Origin: Tolypothrix carrinoi HA7290-LM1
Lineage (GTDB): Bacteria > Cyanobacteriota > Cyanobacteriia > Cyanobacteriales > Nostocaceae
NCBI GenBank assembly: GCA_019358935.1
Contig: JAHHIK010000105.1
Span: 1 to 28,848, forward strand
Length of the DNA: 28,848 bases
Direction: 5' to 3'
Positions 9,472-18,284 of this stretch are shown here, piece after piece. Made by a program: the position numbers and the translations under genes. Within the stretch, counting starts at the first letter, position 1, and every line of letters begins with the position of its first letter. The notes beneath the pieces are model-generated. The model saw nothing but the letters and a program-made list of their open reading frames with translations. It searched no databases and was not told where the DNA came from.

Positions 9472-9789
9472 TTACTGCCTCTCCCAACATTTTTTGTTTA
9501 ACTTTAGCTTGCCAGTTTCTAGCTTGCTACTTCCGTATTAGAGATAGCTAATTATTTCTGATCGCTAGTTGTGTTATCCTCACCTGTCGTCTTTTTAATT
9601 GCCCTTGACTATTGCTCCAGTATTCTTAGAATATATAAAGAATAATTAAAAATTGTAACGCAAGGGCAATAGTGCGGAAATTTTTCCAATTTTTTGGTTG
9701 ACATTTAAGCACTACCACGCCGTTTCAAATCCGAAGTTCCGACTTAATCAATGTAAAGTTCAGTTTGCAGAAAATACAAGTTCTCTATG

Positions 9790-9960
9790 ATGACACAACC
9801 ACAACCGACCGTTACGCCCAAACTAGAAGAGCCGAAATTTGGCTTTAATGAATATGCTGAACGCTTGAATGGTCGAGCTGCCATGATTGGTTTCATGTTG
9901 ATGGTGGTGATTGAATACTTCACCAACCAAGGAGTGCTATCATGGCTCGGTCTAAGGTAG
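9790..9960 (+). CDS. hli: High light-inducible protein (Hlip/SCP, CAB/ELIP family; not in ORF track)
   Basis: Hand translation gives MTQPQPTVTPKLEEPKFGFNEYAERLNGRAAMIGFMLMVVIEYFTNQGVLSWLGLR*, containing the ExxNGRxAM motif. Confidence 0.95.
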   Translation: MTQPQPTVTPKLEEPKFGFNEYAERLNGRAAMIGFMLMVVIEYFTNQGVLSWLGLR

Positions 9961-10033
9961 AGATGCTTACGCACAAACACCATTACTTCTGCTTGCTGAC
10001 TTGTTAAAAGTTGTAAGCGTGAGTTGTTGAAAT

Positions 10034-10061
10034 TTTAACCAGTTGGTATCAGCTGGTTAAA
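10034..10061. terminator. Hairpin downstream of hli
   Basis: TTTAACCAGTTG..CAGCTGGTTAAA stem (one G-U pair). Confidence 0.45.
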
Positions 10062-10327
10062 GCTCCGGCAACGCCCATTGCGTACCGTAGCGTTACGAGT
10101 CGTTTAAGGCTGTTCAACGGCACAGCACACGCTTTGAGTGTAAGTGTTATCCTAGACTTGCAACTATATGCAAGCATTATATGCAAGCGGCTTAATTTCT
10201 ACACTTGTTTCCCCTACTAATAGATAATTATAATCTCTTAGTGGCTTTGATTAAAAGTGCCTTCTTCGGGTGAGTTATTCTCAGTAAATTTACGTGTATA
10301 TTGTGAACAGGAACCAATAAGCAAAAG

Positions 10328-10621
10328 ATGAATGCTGTATTACCTCGTTTTTTGAAGTCAACGTACCGTAGAGAACCATTAATCAGTGCATTGATTACGA
10401 TGGGCATTGTCGAGGCGCTGATTGGTGGATTTGACGATAGCTGGTCATTGTTTGCTTTTGGCTTGGGAACTGCTGGTATAACCCTTGCATGGCGCTGGTG
10501 GCGCATCCAACAGAGTCGCCCTTTACCAGAAGAGCCTGTGGTGCAACATTATTTGCCCTCTCGCTCGTCTACTTCTGCCTTACCGCTGCTAACGGTTTCT
10601 AAGAAAAAACCACCGCTGTAA
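10328..10621 (+). CDS. Small cyanobacterial hypothetical membrane protein
   Basis: Two hydrophobic segments, with a YRREP motif and a YLP..S..LP tail. Confidence 0.8.
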   Translation: MNAVLPRFLKSTYRREPLISALITMGIVEALIGGFDDSWSLFAFGLGTAGITLAWRWWRIQQSRPLPEEPVVQHYLPSRSSTSALPLLTVSKKKPPL

Positions 10622-10726
10622 AAAGAACGGAGTAGGAGTTAGAAGTTAGGAGTATAATTCGTAACTTATAATTTATAACTGGGAAAAATTAATTAACGCG
10701 CAAGAATGAAAAAGTGAGGAAAAAGA

Positions 10727-11779
10727 GTGAGGAGTAAGGGAAAAGGTAGGGGCGGTACTTTCTTGCGTCCGTATATTATTGTGGCATTTGCTACAGTTGC
10801 CCTTCCTGTTATGTTTTGGGAAGGGTTTTGTGTTCGTGCGGCTGATGCTACTGTTGAAGTAATACCATCCCAAGCTCCTCAAAGCTTTGCTAATCCACAG
10901 TTACTTTATAGTTTTAGCGGACACGCGGGAACGATTAAATCTTTAGCTTTCAGTCCAGATAGCAACGTTCTGGTGAGCGGTGGTGCTGAAAATGAAGGTG
11001 TAATTCGTTTGTGGAATACTAAGACTGGTAAAAGGGTAGGGACTATTCGCAAAGCGCAAAAAACAGCTGTGGAATCTTTGTTGATTTCACCGGATGGTAA
11101 AACCTTAGTCAGCTGTGGTAATGACAATACTATTAATCTTTGGAACCTGAAAAAGAATTACTTTACCCGCTCTTTTGTCGGGCATACCAGTAATATATTG
11201 TCTTTAGCGGTATCGCCTGATAGTAAGGTTCTTGTTAGCGGTGCTTTAGACGGGATTCGCATGTGGGATTTGTTACAGCAGCGCCCCCTAGCGACTCTGG
11301 TACGCTTTGATAATGCGATTTTTACGCTGGCGATAAGTCCTGATGGTCAGATGCTTGCTAGCGGTGATAATAAAGGTGTAATTAAACTGTGGGATTTGAG
11401 TACTGGTAAGTTAATCCGTGGATTTACAGCGCATTCTAATACAGTCAGTGCGGTAGTTTTTACACCAGACGGGAAAACTTTAGTTAGTGGTAGCCGCGAT
11501 CGCACAATTAAACTTTGGAATTTGAATAGTGGAGAAGTTAGTAAAACTCTTACAGGACATGATAACTGGGTGAATGCGATCGCTATAAATCCAGATGGAC
11601 AAACTTTAGCTAGTGCTGGTAGAGATGGTATTAAACTGTGGAATTTGACTACAGGCGAGTTAATAAAGACACTTTACGGACATTCAGATTGGGTGAGTGC
11701 GATCGCTTTTAGTCCTGATGGTCAAATGCTGGCTAGCGGTGGATTTGATAAAAAAGTCCAGGTTTGGCGCAGTCAGTAA
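10727..11779 (+). CDS. WD40-repeat protein with N-terminal signal/anchor
   Basis: About seven GH..AFSPDG..LASG..D..IKLW repeats. GTG start, exact position uncertain. Confidence 0.92.
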   Translation: MRSKGKGRGGTFLRPYIIVAFATVALPVMFWEGFCVRAADATVEVIPSQAPQSFANPQLLYSFSGHAGTIKSLAFSPDSNVLVSGGAENEGVIRLWNTKTGKRVGTIRKAQKTAVESLLISPDGKTLVSCGNDNTINLWNLKKNYFTRSFVGHTSNILSLAVSPDSKVLVSGALDGIRMWDLLQQRPLATLVRFDNAIFTLAISPDGQMLASGDNKGVIKLWDLSTGKLIRGFTAHSNTVSAVVFTPDGKTLVSGSRDRTIKLWNLNSGEVSKTLTGHDNWVNAIAINPDGQTLASAGRDGIKLWNLTTGELIKTLYGHSDWVSAIAFSPDGQMLASGGFDKKVQVWRSQ

Positions 11780-11824
11780 ATTAAAGCGATCAAGAGTTAT
11801 GTACTCTTGCATTATCACAGCGAA

Positions 11825-11854
11825 TGTAGGGACAATTCATGAATTGTCCCTACA
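11825..11854. repeat. REP-like perfect 30-bp palindrome
   Basis: TGTAGGGACAATTCA|TGAATTGTCCCTACA with a GTAG-type foot. Confidence 0.8.
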
Positions 11855-11909
11855 AATAGGCACTAATTTCACCTTTTAGGAGAATTGTAAATTTGCTGTC
11901 AAACACTAA

Positions 11910-12073
11910 GAGGGTGTTTATAAAATAATTCTTAAACCTGTAGGGTGCGTTATAGCTCACGCTTAACGCACCGAATAAATGGTGCGTTACGGCTGAAAAT
12001 ATATTGTAAACAACCCGAAATACCTATCGAGCCGTAACACACCCTACTTAATATTTTATTTATAAACACGCTC
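11910..12073. mobile_element. 164-bp MITE with IS1031(IS5)-type ends carrying a REP doublet
   Basis: TIRs GAGGGTGTTTATAAA / TTTATAAACACGCTC, with TAA duplicated on both sides. Contains an internal GTAGGGTGCGTTA..TAACACACCCTAC unit (11940-12047). Confidence 0.75.
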
Positions 12074-12192
12074 TAAGTATTTGACTGAAGTGCCAAATCT
12101 ACCTCTTGAGGTATATGCTTAATGAATACTTTCCGTTATGCGATCGATTAAATAGCGTTTGATCAGTTGTCGCTCAAAGACTATTAGGCATT

Positions 12193-12476
12193 ATGGCAAC
12201 CACACTCCGCACGTCAGACCAGTCTTGTACCGACATGGGCATCTTCGTCCGTCAGTTGCGTCACCTGCTCGAGCTGACACAGGCACAGTTTGCTGTGAAA
12301 TTAGGCGTAGCCACCGATAGCGATCGCCCGCTGGGAAAACAATCGATCGCAGCCTTCGCCAAAGAGCGTTGATGCAACTAAAAGTTATGCTGCATGAACT
12401 CAAAAATTCTCCCCACAAGTGAGAGCAAATCTGCGCTCAAGCCCTGCTTGTAGAATAGTTTGAGGAAGAAATTTAG
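12193..12476 (+). pseudogene. XRE-family HTH regulator pseudogene
   Basis: VRQLRHLLELTQAQFAVKLGVA, then a frameshifted IARWENNRSQPSP, followed by in-frame stops. Confidence 0.8.
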
Positions 12477-12503
12477 CAGGCTTTAGGACTAAGGTGTGGT
12501 GCA

Positions 12504-15248
12504 ATGCAGGACGAGGAATTGCTAATGTTTCAAACGGCAGAAAACGCTCTTAATAATGGGCGGTCAATTGGCGTTGAAAGTGAGACTGGTATAATCTTGC
12601 AGTTGGCAGATAGCACAATCGAGTCCTGCGATTTGGTTGCAGAGCGACTGTTGGGCTACAGTGCTAAACAGCTTGTTGGCACCACCTCGTTTGAACCTGT
12701 ATGGCAGGCGATTTATCCGGATGGGTCACATGTTGCGCCAAAGGATTATCCGGCGATCGTCGCTTTGCGACAGGGTTTGCCCTGTCGCAATGTGGTGATG
12801 GGCTTTTATAAACCAAGCGGCGATTTGGTGTGGTTGCGGCTGAATTCAACGCCTTTATTCCAAGGGGATACCACAACTTCCTATGCGGTCGTCACAACGT
12901 TTAGTGAAGTTGCCAGTTCACAACAAAACGAGCCGCAACTCGAAGCTACTTTGCGGTCAAGTGAGCAGCGATTCCGCGATATGGCAGACAATGCCCCGAT
13001 GATGATTTGGGTGACCGATCCAACGGGCTACTGCACCTACCTCAGCCGAAGCTGGTATGACTTCTCTGGGCAAACCGAGGAAGCAGGGTTAGGGTTTGGC
13101 TGGCTTGATGTCACCCATCCAGACGATCGCGAATCCTCCAAAACCATTTTTCTCACCGCCAACGCGAGCCAAGAAGCGTTTCAACTGGAATATCGCTTGC
13201 GGCGCTTTGACGGTGAATACCGCACTTGCATTGATGCGGGGCGTCCCTGGAAAAGTGCAGACGGTGAGTTCAAAGGCTACATCGGCTCAGTGATTGACAT
13301 TGATGATCGCAAACAAGCCGAGTCCGCCTTACGCCGCTCGGAGGAACGCTATCGAACGCTGTTTGAGTCCATAGACGAAGGTTTCTGCGTCATTGAAGTG
13401 CTGTTTGACGAGAACGACACGCCGCTCGATTACCGCTTCTTGGAAATCAATCCCGTCTTCGAGCAACAAACGGGACTTCGACAAGCAATCGGTAAAACGG
13501 GGCGTCAGTTAGTTCCAGATCTTGAAGACCACTGGATTAAGATTTACGGTCAAGTCGCACTAACGGGTGAATCCGTTCGGTTTGAAAATGGCTCCGAAGC
13601 AATGAACCGTTGGTTCGACGTTTATACCTGCCGCACTGGACAGCCAGAGGAGCGAAAAGTTGCCATCGTGTTCAAAGATATTAGCGATCGAAAACTTGCC
13701 GAGAAAGCTTTGCTCTCAAGCGAGGAGCAGAGCCGGAATATCTTGGAGAGTATTACCGACGGATTCTTCGCTCTAGACCAGGATTGGCGGTTTAGCTACG
13801 TGAATCGGCAGGCAGAACGCTTGCTCGATCGTACTCCGGGCGATCTGCTTGGTCAGGTTATCTGGGAAGTATATCCAGGACTCGCCGGAAGTGAATTCGA
13901 GCGAGTCTATCACGCCTGCGCCAGCGAGCGGGTTGCTTCTTCGTTCATCTCGTTCTATCCTGACCACAACCGCTGGTACGAAGTCCACGCCTATCCTGCC
14001 TCAGAGGGAATTACTGTCTACTTCAGAAATGTGACCGATCGCGTTTCGCACGAAGCCGAACGCGAACAACTCCTGCAACGCGAACAAGCCGCACGGGAAG
14101 CCGCCGAAACTGCCAACCGAATTAAAGATGAGTTTCTTGCCGTTTTGTCTCATGAGTTGCGATCGCCGCTCAATCCGATTCTCGGCTGGTCGAAGTTGTT
14201 GCAACAGGGAAAACTGGATGCAGCAAAAACGAAGACTGCACTTGCCACAATCGAACGCAATGCCAAGTTACAATCGCAACTAATCGAAGACCTGCTCGAC
14301 ATCTCCCGCATTCTACGCGGTAAATTGAGTTTGAATGAGATGCCCGTTGACTTGAGTATGGTGATAAGAGCCGCTCTAGAAACCGTTCGACTAGCCGCCG
14401 AAGCCAAATCGCTGCACATTCAAACAACTTTTTCACCCGACGCTGTCACGGTGATTGGCGATGCCGGACGTTTGCAGCAAGTGGTCTGGAATCTTTTATC
14501 CAATGCCGTGAAATTCACTCCTCAAGACGGGCAAATCACCGTTAGGTTAACCCAAACTGGCACTCATGCCCAAATTCAAGTCACTGACACTGGAAAGGGT
14601 ATCAATCCTGACTTTCTGCCTTATGTGTTTGAGCATTTCCGGCAGGAAGATGGAGCGACCACGCGCAAATTTGGCGGTTTGGGGTTGGGACTGGCGATCG
14701 CCCGTCAAATTGTAGAACTGCACGGCGGCAGAATTTGGGTTGAGAGTCCGGGTGAAGACCAGGGAGCCACGTTCACGGTTCAAATTCCGCTTGCTTTTCG
14801 CTTTAGTGAATTGCCGTCAACAGAGCAATCATCCGTCTCAACAAGTGATTTAAGCGGCATCCATATCTTAGTGGTGGATGACGATGCAGACTCACGAGAC
14901 TTTATTATGTTCGTTCTAGAGCAAGCGGGTGCAATCGTCACTGCTGTTGCATCGGGAATCGAGGCACTGCAAGCGTTCGAGCAGTCTGTTTTCGATCTGG
15001 TTGTGAGTGATATTGGAATGCCAGAAATGGATGGATATACGCTGATCCAACAAATTCGGGCGCTAAAGCCAAAAAGACAAGTTCCGGCAATCGCCCTGAC
15101 TGCCTACGCCGGAGAAATTGACCAGCAGCAGGCGATCGCCGCTGGATTTCAAGCTCACATTGCAAAACCTGTTGACCCCAATGCCGTAATTGCGATCGTC
15201 GTTCAATTCACAAAAAGAGCCAATGCCAAGGAGCGATCGCCTGACTGA
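12504..15248 (+). CDS. Multi-PAS hybrid sensor histidine kinase / response regulator
   Basis: Four PAS-like repeats, H-box LSHELRSPL, N/G boxes (NAVKFT, DTGKGI, GGLGLGL) and a receiver domain (VVDD, SDIGMP, KP). Confidence 0.95.
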   Translation: MQDEELLMFQTAENALNNGRSIGVESETGIILQLADSTIESCDLVAERLLGYSAKQLVGTTSFEPVWQAIYPDGSHVAPKDYPAIVALRQGLPCRNVVMGFYKPSGDLVWLRLNSTPLFQGDTTTSYAVVTTFSEVASSQQNEPQLEATLRSSEQRFRDMADNAPMMIWVTDPTGYCTYLSRSWYDFSGQTEEAGLGFGWLDVTHPDDRESSKTIFLTANASQEAFQLEYRLRRFDGEYRTCIDAGRPWKSADGEFKGYIGSVIDIDDRKQAESALRRSEERYRTLFESIDEGFCVIEVLFDENDTPLDYRFLEINPVFEQQTGLRQAIGKTGRQLVPDLEDHWIKIYGQVALTGESVRFENGSEAMNRWFDVYTCRTGQPEERKVAIVFKDISDRKLAEKALLSSEEQSRNILESITDGFFALDQDWRFSYVNRQAERLLDRTPGDLLGQVIWEVYPGLAGSEFERVYHACASERVASSFISFYPDHNRWYEVHAYPASEGITVYFRNVTDRVSHEAEREQLLQREQAAREAAETANRIKDEFLAVLSHELRSPLNPILGWSKLLQQGKLDAAKTKTALATIERNAKLQSQLIEDLLDISRILRGKLSLNEMPVDLSMVIRAALETVRLAAEAKSLHIQTTFSPDAVTVIGDAGRLQQVVWNLLSNAVKFTPQDGQITVRLTQTGTHAQIQVTDTGKGINPDFLPYVFEHFRQEDGATTRKFGGLGLGLAIARQIVELHGGRIWVESPGEDQGATFTVQIPLAFRFSELPSTEQSSVSTSDLSGIHILVVDDDADSRDFIMFVLEQAGAIVTAVASGIEALQAFEQSVFDLVVSDIGMPEMDGYTLIQQIRALKPKRQVPAIALTAYAGEIDQQQAIAAGFQAHIAKPVDPNAVIAIVVQFTKRANAKERSPD

Positions 15249-15342
15249 TGACCGAATAATTCATAATTAAAGCAAGCTATAATACGTGCTTATGCAGCTT
15301 TGTGTCAACCACAAATATAATCAAATGAGGATTTACGCATTT

Positions 15343-15546
15343 TCAAGCATCATCCCAATCAATCCCTAACTGCCGAACCGCAGCCCGAATTGTTCCAAGT
15401 TTTAGATCGCGACTTCCCCAATCTGGCAGCGATGTAACGTTCTGCATCTCTGGATTGAACCACTTTCGGTGAGAACCTCCACCTCGACGGGGCAACTCTT
15501 CACAACCGAGTGCTTTTAGCTTGCGAGTCACATCGCGATACTTCAT
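15343..15546 (-). CDS. hicA: HicA-family toxin (mRNA interferase)
   Basis: MKYRDVTRKLKALGC..GGSHRKW..DLKLGTIRA. The ATG overlaps the hicB stop (ATGA). Confidence 0.85.
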   Translation of the reverse strand: MKYRDVTRKLKALGCEELPRRGGGSHRKWFNPEMQNVTSLPDWGSRDLKLGTIRAAVRQLGIDWDDA

Positions 15547-15788
15547 GGGGCAGTTATAATAGTCTCTAGCCAAAGAGAATTATCAGCCTCAATAACCTTC
15601 ATGTTCGCAGGCAAACTTCGTCCAAGATCCTCGTAGGCTTCAATTACAGCAGCAAAAGCATCACGAACATTAATTAAAGCTTCCTCGACTGTATCTCCCT
15701 CAGTAACTAACTCTGGTAGAAGCGGCGATGTCACAGTGAAACCACCCTCAAGTTGCGGTGATAGCACTAATGGTACTTTATAAAGCAT
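15543..15788 (-). CDS. hicB: HicB-family antitoxin
   Basis: GGFTVTSPLLPELVTEGDTVEEALINVRDA motif. Confidence 0.9.
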   Translation of the reverse strand: MLYKVPLVLSPQLEGGFTVTSPLLPELVTEGDTVEEALINVRDAFAAVIEAYEDLGRSLPANMKVIEADNSLWLETIITAP

Positions 15789-16193
15789 TGGAAATCATCC
15801 TCTCTTAGGCTTCACAGAAATAATCCGAGTGCCTGTAACTAGATTATCACCTTGAAATAGCTAATAAGTAGACCAACCAAATTAAAGGTAAAACCATACT
15901 CTGGGTGTGTTAAGCAAAACTGTAACGCACCGATATTTTCTGGAAGTCGCCATAGACCAAAAATTTTGATTGATAACCGGTTTGGATGCTATAGCCACAA
16001 TTTTTCAGATTTTGCTTATATGTCCCCCCACACCCAACTACCCAACCCCTAACACCAGCGACGCGAAAAAGCCCCTAGAACTGACGGCATGTCCTAGAGG
16101 CTAAGTATGGTTTGTGGGATTAAGGACGGGTTGTAGCGGATTGTGGAAAGAGTAGGTGTAAACCAAATTTAAATTCGGGACTAATAAAATAAA

Positions 16194-16349
16194 CCCCTAG
16201 AACTGATAGCCGATAAGCTATTACTCACATTTCCTGAAGCACAAGCATTAACAGTACTTTCTAGAGAATTTTTGCGTGATGCCATTAATGAGGGGACGCT
16301 AAAAGCCAAGATGATTGCTAAAAGTTGGCAACTTAAGCGTAGTGACCTT
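16194..16349 (+). pseudogene. Excisionase-like (HTH_17) DNA-binding domain relic
   Basis: In-frame ADKLLLTFPEAQALTVLSREFLRDAINEGTLKAKMIAKSWQLKRSDL, with no start codon upstream of the domain. Confidence 0.65.
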
Positions 16350-16541
16350 GTATGTAGCAAGCTTGTTTTGAGACTTTTCAAATCACCCTTACCATACTAT
16401 GTCTCTTTTTCATTATATTTACTGATACATTTTGGGATATTTTTTATGTCTTTGATAAATGTTTTAAATAATTATTAAATTTTCAAAAATAAATTATTTT
16501 CATATTATGAGAAAAATAATATAAGTAAATTATTTTCAGTT

Positions 16542-16838
16542 ATGAAAAACATTTTGAAATGGACTGTTGTTATTATTGTTTATCCAATAATGATTTTAAG
16601 TTTTGTTAATATTTGTTGCAATCATTTTTTAGCTTTTTTTGTAAAAAGTAGTTCTTTTTTATCTAAAGCAGCGTCATTTGAAAAACTTTTTTCAGCAAGT
16701 TTTTCTGAAAACTATATAGAAGGTACTATTTATTATAGTATTCAACAACAAATTTACCAATCTAAATATTTTTCTCTATTAACAGAATCACAAGTTGAAA
16801 CTATTATTTTTTCTTATTGTATTTTATTTATTTTCTAA
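16542..16838 (+). CDS. Very AT-rich hypothetical/hydrophobic ORF (possibly relic)
   Basis: An ORF within an extremely AT-rich block; no recognisable motif. Confidence 0.2.
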   Translation: MKNILKWTVVIIVYPIMILSFVNICCNHFLAFFVKSSSFLSKAASFEKLFSASFSENYIEGTIYYSIQQQIYQSKYFSLLTESQVETIIFSYCILFIF

Positions 16839-17063
16839 TGATATCTATTTGAAAAAATAAAAAATAACTAATATGAAAATATTATTTATATTCAAAGTTT
16901 TGAAAATCAGTCAATTATATTTGGCGGGTTTTTGATTGATTAGTTTGTGCTTGAGTATTGGGGATGTCGTCTAAATATTATTTACCGACATTTTCACAAG
17001 ATTAACATGATCGCGACCTTTGGTAAAACAGCCTTGTCAAAGAGTGCTAGCGCTCAGTTTAAT

Positions 17064-17101
17064 AAAAAAGCACCCGTGTATAAAGTATGTAAGGGTGCTT
17101 T
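17064..17101 (-). terminator. Intrinsic terminator-like hairpin
   Basis: AAAGCACCC..GGGTGCTTT with a U-tract on the minus strand, downstream of coxC and the antitoxin relic. The loop is long. Confidence 0.45.
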
Positions 17102-17119
17102 AGTTTTAATTTTGGCGTT

Positions 17120-17200
17120 TTAAGGTACATCTACTAATTCAAAACGTACTCGCTTACCAATGATTTTTGCTGCACGATCAATAGTGTCTAAGGTTACGGA
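17120..17200 (-). pseudogene. C-terminal relic of XRE/HigA-like antitoxin
   Basis: Hand translation gives SVTLDTIDRAAKIIGKRVRFELVDVP*, truncated at the repeat at 17201. Confidence 0.65.
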
Positions 17201-17266
17201 AAACCTCACCCCTTCCCCTCTACGAGCGTAAGGAGAGGGGTGTCCGGAACGGACGGGGTGAGGTTT
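17201..17266. repeat. Cruciform-type Nostocales intergenic repeat
   Basis: AAACCTCACCCC..CCCCTCT..AGAGGGG..TCCGGAACGGA..GGGGTGAGGTTT nested inverted repeats. Confidence 0.75.
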
Positions 17267-17321
17267 TGTTTGTATTCCATCCAAACGAGCGATCGCTATA
17301 GCGTCAAGAAAAAATTGATAC

Positions 17322-17945
17322 TTAAAGCAGGTATAGCAATCCGAAAAGGATAATCCAAATCACGTCAACGAAGTGCCAGTAAATTTCGGCGGCTTCGATG
17401 CCAAAGTGCTTTTCGCTATTGTAGTGATCCTTGGTGCGCGATCGCCACAATACGGCAAGAATCGCGACAACGCCGATGGTAACGTGCAATCCGTGGAAGC
17501 CAGTCAAGACGTAAAATGCACTGGCAAACAAATTCGTAGTTAAACCAAATTCAAGATGGGTATATTCATATACCTGCCCAAGTAAGAAAATAATACCCAT
17601 TGCCGCAGTTATCGCCAACCAAGTTCGCATTCCCCGCGCATCGTTCTTTTTAATGGCGGTGTCAGCATTGTGCATGACAAAACTGCTAGCAATCAGATTC
17701 ACAGTGTTAACTCCGGGGAGCAACAATTCTAATTCTGGTGTACCTTCTGGGGGCCACACAGGTAAAGTAGCACGAAAAGCCAGATAAGCTCCGAACAATC
17801 CTAGAAAAATCATCCCCTCAGCGATGAGGAAGACAATTAGACCAAATATACGATGGTCTGGATGTTCTTCGTGATGAGCCTCAGTTGTCGCCGCGTGGTG
17901 ATGGTTGAGAGCTGTTTTAGCTGGGTCAATAGTTTGACTTTGCAT
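17322..17945 (-). CDS. coxC: Cytochrome c oxidase subunit III
   Basis: TGFHGLHV and YWHFVDVIW motifs. Confidence 0.95.
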   Translation of the reverse strand: MQSQTIDPAKTALNHHHAATTEAHHEEHPDHRIFGLIVFLIAEGMIFLGLFGAYLAFRATLPVWPPEGTPELELLLPGVNTVNLIASSFVMHNADTAIKKNDARGMRTWLAITAAMGIIFLLGQVYEYTHLEFGLTTNLFASAFYVLTGFHGLHVTIGVVAILAVLWRSRTKDHYNSEKHFGIEAAEIYWHFVDVIWIILFGLLYLL

Positions 17946-17971
17946 GAATCTTTAATGCCTAAAAAACAAGT

Positions 17972-18283
17972 GAGGAGTTAGGAGTTAGGAGTTAGGAGGA
18001 GCCAGTTGCGTGCGGGGGTTCCCCCCCGTTGAGCAACCTGGCGTTTAGGAATTAGGAGTTAGGAGTTAGGAGGAGCCAGTTGCGTGCGGGGGTTCCCCCC
18101 CGTTGAGCAACCTGGCGTTTAGGAATTAGGAGTTGGGAATTAAAAGTTAGGAATTAGGAGTTAGGAATTAACAACTTTCTTGGATTCATAACTCCTAACT
18201 CATCACTCATCACTCCTAACTAATAACTCCTAACTCATCACTCCTAACTCCTAACTAATAACTCCTAACTCATAACTCATAAC
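17972..18283. repeat. STRR arrays (GGAGTTA)n / (TAACTCC)n in inverted arrangement with two identical 46-bp repeats
   Basis: Heptamer arrays, with GAGCCAGTTGCG..GCAACCTGGCGT at 17999-18044 and 18073-18118. Confidence 0.9.
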
Positions 18284-18284
18284 T

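Noticed and set aside
9472..9786. NtcA or HLR1 sites in the ald/hli divergent promoter
   Set aside because: I found no convincing GTA-N8-TAC, and only a weak half match to HLR1.
17999..18118. Two identical 46-bp palindromic repeats resembling a mini CRISPR array
   Set aside because: The spacer is just STRR heptamers, the unit belongs to the dispersed repeat family seen elsewhere in the window, and there are no cas genes.
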